Under the pieces are notes generated by a model. The model had not been told where the DNA came from, searched no databases, and saw nothing but the letters and a program-made list of their open reading frames with translations. Made by a program: the position numbers and the translations under genes. DNA of 64,000 nucleotides from Mucilaginibacter sp. (lineage in GTDB: Bacteria; Bacteroidota; Bacteroidia; Sphingobacteriales; Sphingobacteriaceae). The DNA is taken from assembly GCA_028288285.1 (NCBI GenBank), contig JAQBNZ010000129.1:31390-95389 (forward strand), read 5' to 3'. Every line of letters starts with the position of its first letter. Position 1 is the stretch's first letter. Shown in pieces: positions 20,126-31,000 of this stretch.

Positions 20126-21406
20126 ATGAAATATCAAAATAAAAGGATCGCATTTATAAGTGAACATGCGTCGCCATTGGCAGATCTTGGAGGAATAGAT
20201 ACCGGCGGACAAAACGTTTATGTTGCACAGTTAGCTAAGCATTTAGCAACTCAGGGTTACCTGGTTGATGTATATACCCGTCGTGATAATGAAAAAACGG
20301 CAGAAGTAGTTCATATGGCACCAGGTGTACGGGTAATAAACATAACAGCCGGCCCGGCATCGGTTGTTATTAAAGAAGAACTTTTGCAATATATGGATGA
20401 GTTTAAGGATAACATGATTGCTTTTATTGTAAAGAAGCATTTGCATTATTCGCTTATTCATGCCAATTTCTTTATGTCAGCATTGGTGGCAATGGGTATA
20501 AAGCAGGAATTAGATATTCCATTTGTAGTGACATTTCATGCTCTTGGCCATGTTCGGAAAATTCATCAGGCCGAGCAGGATAAATTCCCGGCCGAGCGCC
20601 TTTTAATTGAAGAACAAGCTGTTCAGCAAGCAGATTATATTATTGCTGAATGCCCGCAGGATAGGGATGATCTGATACAATATTATAATGCGCCTATAAA
20701 AAAAATAAGCGTTATTCCATGTGGTTTTAGTGATGAGGAATTTTATCCTATAGGAAAAACTATAGCACGTAATTTATTGAATTTGCCACAAAAGGAACAT
20801 ATTTTACTACAGCTTGGTCGGTTGGTTCCACGTAAAGGTGTTGACAATGTTATACGTGCCTTAGGCAAGTTAAAAACAAAAAAGCCGGTTAAATTAGTAA
20901 TTGTAGGTGGTGAAACCGAAACACTCACAGAGGAATGCAGTCCTGAATTTGCCCGCCTGATGAGTATTGCACGCGAGCACAATGTAGTTGATTCGATCAT
21001 ATTTACGGGCCGTAAAAATCGTGAGCAGTTAAAATTTTATTATGCCGCGGCAGATCTGTTTATAACCACGCCCTGGTATGAACCGTTTGGTATAACCCCG
21101 TTAGAGGCTATGGCTTGTGGCATACCTGTTATAGGTGCTAATGTAGGTGGTATAAAATACAGCGTTGTTGATGGCGATACCGGTTTTCTGGTAAATCCTC
21201 ATGACCCTGAAGCATTGGCAGAAAAAATTAGCAAAGTTATTGATCACGAAGGTTTATTAAGCCGGATGGGAGAGAACGCCATACATAGGGTAAATACTTA
21301 TTTTACCTGGGAAAAGGTGGCCAATAAGGTAAATAAACTGTATATGGCGCTGATGCCTGTTGCCAAAGAAAGCCAATTGGCCGAACAAAAATACCAGGCT
21401 GCTTAA
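20126..21406 (+). CDS. GT4 glycosyltransferase (MshA/sucrose-phosphate-synthase-like)
   Basis: HASPLA..GGIDTGGQNVYV, GRLVPRKG, EPFGITPLEAMACG. Confidence 0.9.
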   Translation: MKYQNKRIAFISEHASPLADLGGIDTGGQNVYVAQLAKHLATQGYLVDVYTRRDNEKTAEVVHMAPGVRVINITAGPASVVIKEELLQYMDEFKDNMIAFIVKKHLHYSLIHANFFMSALVAMGIKQELDIPFVVTFHALGHVRKIHQAEQDKFPAERLLIEEQAVQQADYIIAECPQDRDDLIQYYNAPIKKISVIPCGFSDEEFYPIGKTIARNLLNLPQKEHILLQLGRLVPRKGVDNVIRALGKLKTKKPVKLVIVGGETETLTEECSPEFARLMSIAREHNVVDSIIFTGRKNREQLKFYYAAADLFITTPWYEPFGITPLEAMACGIPVIGANVGGIKYSVVDGDTGFLVNPHDPEALAEKISKVIDHEGLLSRMGENAIHRVNTYFTWEKVANKVNKLYMALMPVAKESQLAEQKYQAA

Positions 21407-21408
21407 TT

Positions 21409-21972
21409 ATGAATAAGGCAATTTTTTTAGATAAGGACGGAACGCTGATCCCAGATATTCCATACAATATTAACCCGCATGTAATAACGCTGCAGCCGGA
21501 TAGTATTGAGGGCCTTAAGTTATTACAAAATGAAGGATACTTGCTTATAATTGTTTCCAACCAGTCTGGAGTGGCGAAGGGGTACTTTACTGAAGAAAAG
21601 TTGCAGGTAGTTAAAATAAAGATAAAAGAACTACTTGCAGTAAATGATATTCTTTTAAGCGGATTTTACTATTGCCCTCATCATCCGCAAGGCACAGTGA
21701 AATTATTTAATATTGATTGCGATTGTCGTAAACCTATGCCGGGAATGTTGTTGAAAGCAGCTACAGAGCACAATATTGACCTAACCCAATCATGGATGAT
21801 TGGTGATATTTTAAATGATGTGGAAGCAGGTAGCCGCGCCGGTTGTAAAACTGTTTTGATTGATAATGACAACGAAACAGAATGGATGCCGGGTGAACAC
21901 CGCATACCAGCCATAATTTGCAAAAGCATTAATAAAGCAGCCGAAAGTATTTTAATCACACAATTAACATGA
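21409..21972 (+). CDS. HAD IIIA phosphatase, GmhB-like
   Basis: DKDGTL, SNQSG, CPH..CDCRKP, IGDILNDVEAG. Confidence 0.88.
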   Translation: MNKAIFLDKDGTLIPDIPYNINPHVITLQPDSIEGLKLLQNEGYLLIIVSNQSGVAKGYFTEEKLQVVKIKIKELLAVNDILLSGFYYCPHHPQGTVKLFNIDCDCRKPMPGMLLKAATEHNIDLTQSWMIGDILNDVEAGSRAGCKTVLIDNDNETEWMPGEHRIPAIICKSINKAAESILITQLT

Positions 21973-23102
21973 ACTGGCACAATTGTAAAAATATACTTTG
22001 CATCCGCCCTGATAACATGGGAGATCTGATTATGACGGCTCCGGCCATTCGAGCGTTAAAGGAAACCTTTGGTGCAAAAATTACCATCCTGACATCATCA
22101 ATGGCACAGGTAATTATAAAGCACATCCCCGAAATAGATGATGCTATTATATATGACCTTCCCTGGGTAAAATCGGAAAAAACACCAGACCCGGAAAACT
22201 TTAACGATGTAATATCAACCATAAAAGAAAAAAAATTTGATGCAGCTGTCATCTTTACGGTTTACAGCCAAAATCCATTGCCTACAGCTATGCTGGCCTA
22301 CCTGGCGGGCATACCTAAAATACTGGCCTATTGCCGCGAAAATCCGTATCATTTAATTACAGATTGGGTGCCCGATAAAGAACCCTATCAAAATATAAAA
22401 CATCAGGTTCGGCGAGATCTTGATTTGGTGGCAAGCGTGGAGGCATTTGCTATAAACGAAGGTTTAAGTTTAGCTGTTGACGAAGGTTTGTGGAGTGCAA
22501 TATCAAACAAACTGACTGATAAAGGTATAGCCATAAACAAGCCCTGGTTAATACTACATGCTGGCGTAAGCGAAAGAAAGAGGGAATATCCTATCAAGAA
22601 ATGGGTCGAGGCAGCCAAAAGGTTAATTGCCGATAAGGGGTATCAAATATTATTGACAGGTTCAGAAACAGAAAAGCAACTTACGGAAGATTTGCAGGGC
22701 AAAATAGGAGAGGGAAGTTTTTCTGTTGCCGGCATACTTAATTTAGATGAGTTTATTTGCCTGGTAAAACATGCACCGGTTATATTATCTGTAAATACAA
22801 GTACAGTGCATATTGCCGCAGCAGTAGGCACGCCTGTTGTTGTATTATACGCACAAACCAATCCGCAGCACACACCATGGGAAGTTCCTCATAAAGTATT
22901 AGCTTACCCGGTCCCTGCATATTTGCGCAGCAAGAACGAGGTGATTGCTTATGTAAATAAAACCTTGTATAGTGTACCTATGAATTTACCAGATGCTGAT
23001 GATATTATTAACGCGGTAAGCGGTTTGCTTAAACAGCCATACTCACTACCTCAACCGTTTCACGAAATACAGAATGAAAATCCGGTGATTGCAGCCAGTT
23101 AA
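21969..23102 (+). CDS. Glycosyltransferase family 9 (heptosyltransferase-like)
   Basis: RPDNMGDLIMT, HAGVS, NTSTVHIAAAVGTP. Confidence 0.88.
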   Translation: MNWHNCKNILCIRPDNMGDLIMTAPAIRALKETFGAKITILTSSMAQVIIKHIPEIDDAIIYDLPWVKSEKTPDPENFNDVISTIKEKKFDAAVIFTVYSQNPLPTAMLAYLAGIPKILAYCRENPYHLITDWVPDKEPYQNIKHQVRRDLDLVASVEAFAINEGLSLAVDEGLWSAISNKLTDKGIAINKPWLILHAGVSERKREYPIKKWVEAAKRLIADKGYQILLTGSETEKQLTEDLQGKIGEGSFSVAGILNLDEFICLVKHAPVILSVNTSTVHIAAAVGTPVVVLYAQTNPQHTPWEVPHKVLAYPVPAYLRSKNEVIAYVNKTLYSVPMNLPDADDIINAVSGLLKQPYSLPQPFHEIQNENPVIAAS

Positions 23103-24021
23103 TGGTACGGTGAACACGTTTGTCCAGCGGGCCCCAGCGTTGCGGGTCACCATCCATACTAATTACAATGCTTGGAGTTTTAAAGGCCGATGCAATATGC
23201 GATATCCCTGTACAATTAGATATTAGCATAGCCGAATTTTTTATAAGTAAAGCTACAGCGCCCAAACTTGTTTTGCCTGCGGTATTGATGGCACCATGCC
23301 TCATATGTTGTATTACTTTGTTAACAATTGCCTCTTCCTCTTTAGTACCTGTAAGTATTACTTTAAGTTCCTGCTCCACACAATAATCAGCTAATGCGGC
23401 AAAATATTTTACCGGCCATTGCCGCCAGGCCCCACGTGAGCCAGGATGTATACAAACATATTTTTGCGGTTGGATAGGGAGGTTTAAATTATTAAAATTT
23501 TGCAGGTCATTGTCAGTTAACGGAAATTCCAGATCGGTTCCCTGTGATTCTATTCCTAAAAATTCCATTAATAAAATATGCCGTTCAATCTCGTGCCCAT
23601 AATCCGGGTAGGGCATAAATAAGCCATTGTTAGGTGCATAATGCCCTTCTTTTGAATAACCGGCTATGTACTTAGCGCCAAATAATTCCACCATAGGGTT
23701 AATGATTGAACCATCGCCCTGCATTTGTATGGCCAGGTCAAATTTCTCTTTTTGAACCTTTGATAGAAAATCAGTAAAGGCAGCCGGATCAAACTTTTGC
23801 TCAGGCAAGCCCGGGTACCCGGGGAAATGTATAAAGCTATCAAAATAGTCGCCAAATCTTTCCATTAATGATTTTGCCCACGGCAAGCCTATCAAAGTAA
23901 TATGAGCATTAGGGTAGGCATGCCGTAAAGCTTTTATGCCGGGTATAGAACACAGCATATCGCCCAGTTGCAAGGCTCTGAAAATGGCAATTTTTTTTAT
24001 TTCGGAGGAGGCAAGCTTCAT
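23029..24021 (-). CDS. Glycosyltransferase family 9 (heptosyltransferase-like)
   Basis: RALQLGDMLC, HPGS..RQWP, NCTGISHIASA. Confidence 0.88.
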   Translation of the reverse strand: MKLASSEIKKIAIFRALQLGDMLCSIPGIKALRHAYPNAHITLIGLPWAKSLMERFGDYFDSFIHFPGYPGLPEQKFDPAAFTDFLSKVQKEKFDLAIQMQGDGSIINPMVELFGAKYIAGYSKEGHYAPNNGLFMPYPDYGHEIERHILLMEFLGIESQGTDLEFPLTDNDLQNFNNLNLPIQPQKYVCIHPGSRGAWRQWPVKYFAALADYCVEQELKVILTGTKEEEAIVNKVIQHMRHGAINTAGKTSLGAVALLIKNSAMLISNCTGISHIASAFKTPSIVISMDGDPQRWGPLDKRVHRTINWLQSPDFHSVFRETVEVVSMAV

Positions 24022-24025
24022 TATT

Positions 24026-24994
24026 TTAAATAAATAATACCCGGTATTTTACAGCACCATACCATTGCCAAAAAACCGAAATAAACGGAATAATTAGCGA
24101 AGTTATAACCATTTCCGTAATGTGATTTAATGACAGTTTGGTAATATATAAACGCTTAATTATAAAAAAAGTAGTAAAGCCAAGCCATCCCACCAAGCCT
24201 ATATTAGCTAAAGGCTGTTGTTTTATAACAATACCGGTTAGCATAAATAAAAACGATGCAATAATCAAATAATACAATATAGGCGATGTTATCCTTCTAA
24301 CCTTTATACGAAATAATTGTGGGTGCTTTTTGTAAAGCAAGGCATCATACATGGTTTTCTTTTGTTCTTTAACACTTACACCCCATGCCGAACTGCGTAC
24401 AGGGTGAATAACAATTGCGCTATCTATCCGCTTTATAGGTATATGCTGATCTATCAGCTTAAATTCCAGGTCGCTGTCCTCGCGCCAGGCCATACTGAAT
24501 TGCTCATCAAAACCGCCGGCTTTTACTAAAGCGCTTTTAGTGCAGGCGCAATTAGCAGTAATAAACTCTGCAGTTTGCAGGTTGGCGGTGTTTAGTTCAT
24601 GATCAGTAGGACGTTTGCTCACCGGGACAATAACCTTACCAGTTATGGCTACACTTTCCTCTGTATTGCAATGTTGTACAATTTGGTTTAACCAGTAGGC
24701 ATCCGGCACGCAATCATCATCAGTAAAAGCAATAATGCCCCCTTTGGCATTAAGCCAGCCATAGTTACGTGCAGCAGCGGGCCCTTTTTTTTGAGGCAAT
24801 GACATATATCTCAAATTAGGTTTGTCAAATCCGGTCAAGTCATCAAATATCTTTTTGGTTTGTGCATCTGGGCCATCACTCACCACAATAATTTCATATT
24901 GTTCTTTATCAAACTTTTGCTGCAGAAGGGCCTCTAAACATCTTGACAATAACGCTGTACGCTGATAGGTGGGGATTACAACAGATACTATCAT
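24026..24994 (-). CDS. Glycosyltransferase family 2
   Basis: SVVIPTY, GPAAARN, FTDDD, GGFDEQF, REDSDL, C-terminal TMs. Confidence 0.9.
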   Translation of the reverse strand: MIVSVVIPTYQRTALLSRCLEALLQQKFDKEQYEIIVVSDGPDAQTKKIFDDLTGFDKPNLRYMSLPQKKGPAAARNYGWLNAKGGIIAFTDDDCVPDAYWLNQIVQHCNTEESVAITGKVIVPVSKRPTDHELNTANLQTAEFITANCACTKSALVKAGGFDEQFSMAWREDSDLEFKLIDQHIPIKRIDSAIVIHPVRSSAWGVSVKEQKKTMYDALLYKKHPQLFRIKVRRITSPILYYLIIASFLFMLTGIVIKQQPLANIGLVGWLGFTTFFIIKRLYITKLSLNHITEMVITSLIIPFISVFWQWYGAVKYRVLFI

Positions 24995-26715
24995 ATTTGT
25001 TTTTCAATTGCAAATGACCCTATAATTAACGCGTCAAACGGCGACGACCAAAAGCACTCAATGGCATCGCGTGGTGTACAAACAATGGGTTTACCCAGTG
25101 TATTAAAAGATGTGTTTACTAATACAGGTACCCCGGTTTTACGGTGGAATGCTTTTAATAAATCATAGTAACTTTTATGTTGATGCTCATTTATGGTTTG
25201 TATACGTGCTGTGCCATCAGTATGCCTAACTGCCGGTATTTTATCAGCTTTACAAGGCTTCACATCATAAATAAACAGCATAAAAGGGGAGTATCTGGCC
25301 CCTTCAAACCACTCGCCGGCCTCTTCTTCTAATACTACAGGTGCTACAGGGCGAAAATCTTCCCTGTCCTTAACCTCGTTCAATCTTGCCTGCATGGCAG
25401 GGTTTATGGGTGATGCCAGTATTGAGCGGCTACCCAATGCCCGCGGCCCAAACTCCATACGGCCCTGATACCAACCTATTATCTTATCCTGCGCAAGTAT
25501 ATCCGCAGTTTCTTCGGCAATATTGGTGAGCTTACGGTAAGGCACCTTCCATAGCTTCAGTAATTTTTCAATCTCTTGATCTGTATATTCAGGCCCCCAG
25601 TAGCAGTGGTCCATTACAAATGTTTTCTCAGTGGTTTTGCGTTGCTGTGCATCAACCCAAAGAGCAGCGCCTAAAGCGGTACCATCATCGCCAGAGGCAG
25701 GCTGTACCCAAATGTTTTTGAAAGCACCCCTGTCGCGTATGCGGGCATTTGCTACGCAATTAAGCGCTACACCACCAGCAAGGCAAAGGTTTTCTTCCTG
25801 TGTTTGCTGGTGCAGCCAGCCGGTAAGCTCAAGCATAGCCTCTTCCAAAACCAATTGTAGTGAATGTGCTATATTAAAGTGGAACGAAGTAAACTCTTCA
25901 TGCCTTAAACGTTTAGGGCCAAAGCGCTCTGTAAGATTTTGATTATTGATTGTATACTGCCCATTACCGGTTAGCTGTATTATTTCTCTAAAGTCCTTAG
26001 TAAATTCAGGCTTACCGTATGATGCCAGCGCCATCACTTTATACTCGTCTGAAGAATGCAGAAAACCCAGGTGAGTAGTTACATTTTCATACAGTATGCC
26101 TAAGGAATGCGGCATGTTTACCTGGCCAATACGATTTAATTGTTGCCTATTACCAATATTATAAGTTGTTGTGGCTAACTCGCCACGGCCGTCAACCGTC
26201 ATTACTGCAGCCGTTTTAAACGGTGAGCAGTTAAACGCACTGGCTGCATGCGATAAGTGGTGCTCAACAAAGTGCCATTTATCCCGTTGAATATTGCAGC
26301 CAATAAAGCGTTGCTGAAGATGGTGCGGATAACCGTCACGTAATTGCCCGGGCGCATTTATAATTGATGACAGGAACAACGGCTCCCAGGGATTAATGTA
26401 TTCATCGTTTAAATGTGAGCGACCTTCATCAAATGGGATTTCAATAGTTGGTTTACCACGATATTGTTCACCAACCAACAGGTACGGATCAAAAGAATAA
26501 GCAATATGGTCAATATCATTAATGTGGATACCGGCAACCTTTAAGCAATAATCAATAGCATGAAAAGGGAGCTCCCATGTTGAGAAGGGTACAGGGCGCT
26601 TACCATGTTTAAAATGGGTAAAGCGTTCTTCTTCGGTTGCGGCAAGTAAATTACCGTCTTTAATGATACAAGCCGCAGAATCATGAAACACGGCGTTAAT
26701 TCCTAATATGTACAT
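24991..26715 (-). CDS. Carbamoyltransferase (NodU/CmcH family)
   Basis: HDSAAC, EEERF, HHLSHAAS, DGRGE, GGVALNC, EFGPRALGSRS, NTSFN. Confidence 0.93.
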   Translation of the reverse strand: MYILGINAVFHDSAACIIKDGNLLAATEEERFTHFKHGKRPVPFSTWELPFHAIDYCLKVAGIHINDIDHIAYSFDPYLLVGEQYRGKPTIEIPFDEGRSHLNDEYINPWEPLFLSSIINAPGQLRDGYPHHLQQRFIGCNIQRDKWHFVEHHLSHAASAFNCSPFKTAAVMTVDGRGELATTTYNIGNRQQLNRIGQVNMPHSLGILYENVTTHLGFLHSSDEYKVMALASYGKPEFTKDFREIIQLTGNGQYTINNQNLTERFGPKRLRHEEFTSFHFNIAHSLQLVLEEAMLELTGWLHQQTQEENLCLAGGVALNCVANARIRDRGAFKNIWVQPASGDDGTALGAALWVDAQQRKTTEKTFVMDHCYWGPEYTDQEIEKLLKLWKVPYRKLTNIAEETADILAQDKIIGWYQGRMEFGPRALGSRSILASPINPAMQARLNEVKDREDFRPVAPVVLEEEAGEWFEGARYSPFMLFIYDVKPCKADKIPAVRHTDGTARIQTINEHQHKSYYDLLKAFHRKTGVPVLVNTSFNTLGKPIVCTPRDAIECFWSSPFDALIIGSFAIEKQI

Positions 26716-26899
26716 TAATCAATAATTTTCAAATCAACAGTATAAATCAAATTTATAAGCAAATACATAGTGTATCAGATACGCTACTTGTACTTAACAT
26801 AGTTAACGTTTTATAGTTTTAAGAAATAAAATGTAATTGAGTTGATATTACTCGTGAAAGGTGTAAGCAATAAAGAGTCACCCAATTGCTATATACAAC

Positions 26900-26928
26900 A
26901 AAGCCTGCGATCATAAATCGCAGGCTTT
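26900..26928 (-). terminator. Intrinsic terminator of the RND operon
   Basis: AAAGCCTGCGAT-CATAA-ATCGCAGGCTTT, a 12-bp perfect stem just downstream of the adaptor gene. Confidence 0.75.
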
Positions 26929-26959
26929 TACTTATTATAGGTAGGTAGTTGTAGGGTTC

Positions 26960-28066
26960 TTATTTAGTTGGTTTATTAACCTTAATGTCACTATTATCTC
27001 TTATCTCTTCATTGGCAGCCTTAACAATAATGTCATCTTCAGTAAGCGGACCAAAAACTTCTGTTTTATTATTAGCTGATCTGCCGGTTTTTACAGGTAC
27101 CCAATGCGCTTTATTATCAGTTACTTTTATTACATAAACACCTTGTGTTGAGTTGAGCACTGCTTTAGCAGGTACTACAAATGTTCCATCAGCACCGCTA
27201 AAAGGTATGTGTACTTCTGCTACCATGCCCGGTAGTAACCTTTTGTTTTTATTAATCACATCCATTTCGGTGCGTTGTGAACGTAAGCGTGAATCAAGTG
27301 CACCGGCCAGGCGGGTTATACGAGCAGTGAAATTCTCACCAGGGAAAGCCTTAACAGTAAAACTAATTTCACCTTTGTTATTTAATACACCGGTATAACT
27401 TTCCGGCACACTAACAGCCAAACGCAGTCTCTTTTGCTCTTGCAAGGTAAACACAGGCAAATCAGATCCTTTGCCTGTTGGGCCCACATATGCACCGGCA
27501 CTTACATTACGTGCAGTAATTATACCATCAAACGGCGCACGGATCTGCAAATAATTTCTGTTGTCACCTACCTCGCGGGAAGCTGCACGTGCCGATTCTA
27601 ACTGAGCAAAATCAGACTTTTGTTTTGCAAGAGCTAAATCAAGTTCATTAGGAGATACGGTACCCGGTGTTTTGCTGGTTTCCAATAAACGCTCATAAGT
27701 GGCTTTACTTGAAAGGTATAAGGCTTCCTGCGATTGCAGGCGCGATTGTGCACCCGATAATTGCGAGGTATACTCAGGGGCCTCCATAGTGGCAAGTAAT
27801 TGACCGGCCTTCACCTCAGAACCGATATCTACATTCAGTTTTTTTATAAAGCTGCTTACTTTGGCATAAAGATCAACCTGCTGATAAGCAATTAATTCGC
27901 CGGGTATATCAAGTGAAGTGCTTAATACACCTTTTTTAAGGGAAGTAACATCTTGAGCCGGAGTTGTTTCTACCTCGGCTTTTTTCGCTTCTGTATGGCC
28001 GCAAGCTTGTAATGTGGCTGCAACCATTAATATTTTTATAATATTTATTGCTGATAACTTATTCAT
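26960..28066 (-). CDS. RND efflux periplasmic adaptor (lipoprotein)
   Basis: Lipobox LQAC, IRAPFDGIIT, LLPGM. Confidence 0.92.
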   Translation of the reverse strand: MNKLSAINIIKILMVAATLQACGHTEAKKAEVETTPAQDVTSLKKGVLSTSLDIPGELIAYQQVDLYAKVSSFIKKLNVDIGSEVKAGQLLATMEAPEYTSQLSGAQSRLQSQEALYLSSKATYERLLETSKTPGTVSPNELDLALAKQKSDFAQLESARAASREVGDNRNYLQIRAPFDGIITARNVSAGAYVGPTGKGSDLPVFTLQEQKRLRLAVSVPESYTGVLNNKGEISFTVKAFPGENFTARITRLAGALDSRLRSQRTEMDVINKNKRLLPGMVAEVHIPFSGADGTFVVPAKAVLNSTQGVYVIKVTDNKAHWVPVKTGRSANNKTEVFGPLTEDDIIVKAANEEIRDNSDIKVNKPTK

Positions 28067-28072
28067 AAGGCT

Positions 28073-31000
28073 TTATAGGCTGGTTTTTGTGTTAACATAA
28101 TATTTACTTTCTTCATCTTCCGGATCTAACGATACGCTTTGTGTGGTGGCTTTACCTTGTCCCCATGCAAATGCAAGTGGTAGTATTAATAATGCTGCAA
28201 AGGTTGAGGCTATTAAGCCGCCAACAACGGCCCTGCCTAAAGGTGACGACTGGTCGCCCGCTTCACCTAAACCGCTGGCCATTGGTATCATACCTACCAC
28301 CATGGCTAACGCAGTCATTAGAATTGGGCGCATGCGTAAAGCAGCAGCTTCTTTTGCTGATAAGGTAGCGTTACCATTATATTTACGTAATTGTTCGGCA
28401 TTGGTAATAAGCAATACCGCATTGGATATAGATACCCCTACAGACATGATCATTCCCATGTATGATTGCAAGTTAAGTGTTGATCCGCATACCATTAATA
28501 ACCCCAGCGATCCTAATATTACCGCCGGCACAGTTGCCAATACAACGGCAGATACCTTAAACGACTGGAAGTTAGCGGCCAGCATCAGAAAGATCACTAT
28601 AATAGCTATCATTAGCCCGGTTTCTAAACTATCCATGGTATCGGTTAATGTTTGGCTTAGGCCAATCATCTCTACATTTAGTCCTTTTGGCAACTCGCCC
28701 AAGGCGATAATTGCTTTTTGTACATCTTTTGTTGCCGAACCCAGGTCCTTGTTATTTAAGTTGGCTGTTACCGATAGTACAGGCATGGCACCCAGGTTAT
28801 CATTTTCTCCATAGGTTGTCCCCGGAGTTAATGTTGCTACATCACTAAGCACCGGGCGGCTATTGTTTCTAAGCACAGGCGTTTCGCCCATGTCACTAAT
28901 ACTGGCCATTTTACTTTCAGGCACATCTATTTGTACACTATAAGTATAGCCCGATTTTTCATCAACCCATATGTTTTTCTCGGTATAACGGGATGATGAG
29001 GTAGAGGCTACGAGCGAGCGGGAAATATCATTCATATCAACCCCCAGCTGCGCAGCGCGTACCCTGTCAACCTCAACATTTATAGAAGGGTATTTGGTTG
29101 ATTGCCCAAGCTGCACATCGCGCAGGTAATCTATTTTACTTAACTGATTTATCAGCTTGTTGGCATATACCTCATTCAACTTTTTATTACGACCGGAGAC
29201 TCTTACCTCTACAGGCGTAGGCGAACCCTGACTCAATATTTTATCGGTCAGCTCTATCGGTTCAAAAGAAAGTTTCAGGTCAGGTATTTCTTTTGCAATT
29301 CTGTGTCTTATCTCTTCTTTTAATTCATCCAGGTTGGGATGATAATCGTCGCTCAATGCTATCTGTATAACCGCTTCACTTGGCTGCGCCATCCATAAAA
29401 ATACAGGATTGAGGGAGAATAGGTTGGGGTGTGTACCCACATAAGCCGAACTTATAGCAACATTGTCTTTGCCGGTGATGCCTTTTATGGCTGCAATTGC
29501 ATGCAGCGTTTTCTCTTCGGTGCGTTCTATACGAGTACCTTCAGCAGCTCGTAGTCGTACCTGAAACTGGCTTCCATTTACTTTAGGTAATACATCGCGC
29601 CCAATGCTGTTCATCATTAAACCGGCTGCCAGTATGGTAAGGAGCAGGTAACCAATTACAATAGGCTTGCGCATAGGCATAAGGCGGTCAATAAAGCGCA
29701 TGTAACGCTGTCTTATCTTTTCAAACATGCTAACCTTCCCGTTGTGGTTACTGTCTGCACGCTCAACTAAAGCTTTTTTCTGTGCCCAGGTATTGTGCTC
29801 GCTATCTGCATCAAATCCGGCTGCTTTAAACTCTTCATCATCGGTCATTTCCTGGCCGTCTGGCTTTTTATGATGTTTAACCTTCATTATCCAGTTGGCC
29901 ATTACCGGTACAAAGGTTTGTGCCAAAAAGTATGATATGATCATGCTGAAACCAATTGCCAGCGCCAGCGGCAGGAACAATGATCCGGGTATGCCCCCCA
30001 TGGTAAATGCCGGTGCAAACACAGCCAAAATACAAAACAATATAAGCAGCTTAGGGAAAGCGATCTCTTTACAGGCATCCCAAATGGCCAGGGCCTTTGG
30101 CTTACCCATATCAAAATGCTGGTGTATATTTTCAATGGTTACTGTACTTTCATCAACCAGTATACCTATGGCCAGTGCCAGGCCGCTCAGTGTCATAATA
30201 TTGATGGTTTGCCCAAAAAGGGTCAGGAATAGTACCGATGATATGACTGCTATAGGTATGGTTAATATTACAATGCAAGCGCCCCTTACATCACCTAAGA
30301 ATATTAATACCATTAAGCCGGTAAGTAAAGCACCAATAGCGCCTTCTGTAAGTAGACTTTTTACCGAGTTAATAACGTAGGTAGATTGGTCAAACTCGTA
30401 GCTTATCTTAACATCATCAGGTAGTTGGGCCTGTATTTTTGGGATAGCTTTTTTTAACTTCTGCACCACTTCCCATGTAGATGCATCGGCATTTTTTGCT
30501 ATACTAAGGTATACAGATCTTTTGCCGTTAACCAAGCCGTAACCCGCGGTAACATCGGCACCATCCTCAACACTGGCAACATCTTTCAAGTAAAGATTTT
30601 GTACTCCGCCTTTAAATAATGGAATGGTTTCAAAATCCTTAATGGTATGTTCGGTTGTATTGGTTGGGGTGATATAATTTTTATCGCCTATGCGCACGTT
30701 ACCTGATGGAGCGGTAAGATTGTTAACCCTTAAAGCCTCGACCAACTGATCGATAGTTAAGTTATGGGAGCGCATCATACTCGGATCAGCCTTTATTACT
30801 ACGGTACGGATGTTACCGCCAAATGGCGAGGGTGTAACAAGGCCGGGTATTTGAGTAAAAGAAGACCTTACATATACGTTGGCCATATCAAGCAATTCGT
30901 TGTTGCTGCGTGTTTTACTGCTTAATATAAGCTGGCCAACCGGCAATGTTGATGCATCAAAACGAATAATAAAAGGCGGGTTAGATCCCGGCGGAAAAAT

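Noticed and set aside
20126-21406. mshA (mycothiol synthesis)
   Set aside because: Family-level similarity only; there are no other msh genes and the context is a different glyco-cluster.
21409-24021. gmhB/waaC/waaF assignment as canonical LPS core genes
   Set aside because: The context (carbamoyltransferase, GT4s, MFS) and the lack of other core genes make specific symbols unsupported.
28143-30380. Long antisense ORFs (223 aa, 161 aa) and similar ones opposite other genes, e.g. 2702..3253 and 36501..36986
   Set aside because: Shadow frames of well-conserved genes, with no motifs of their own.
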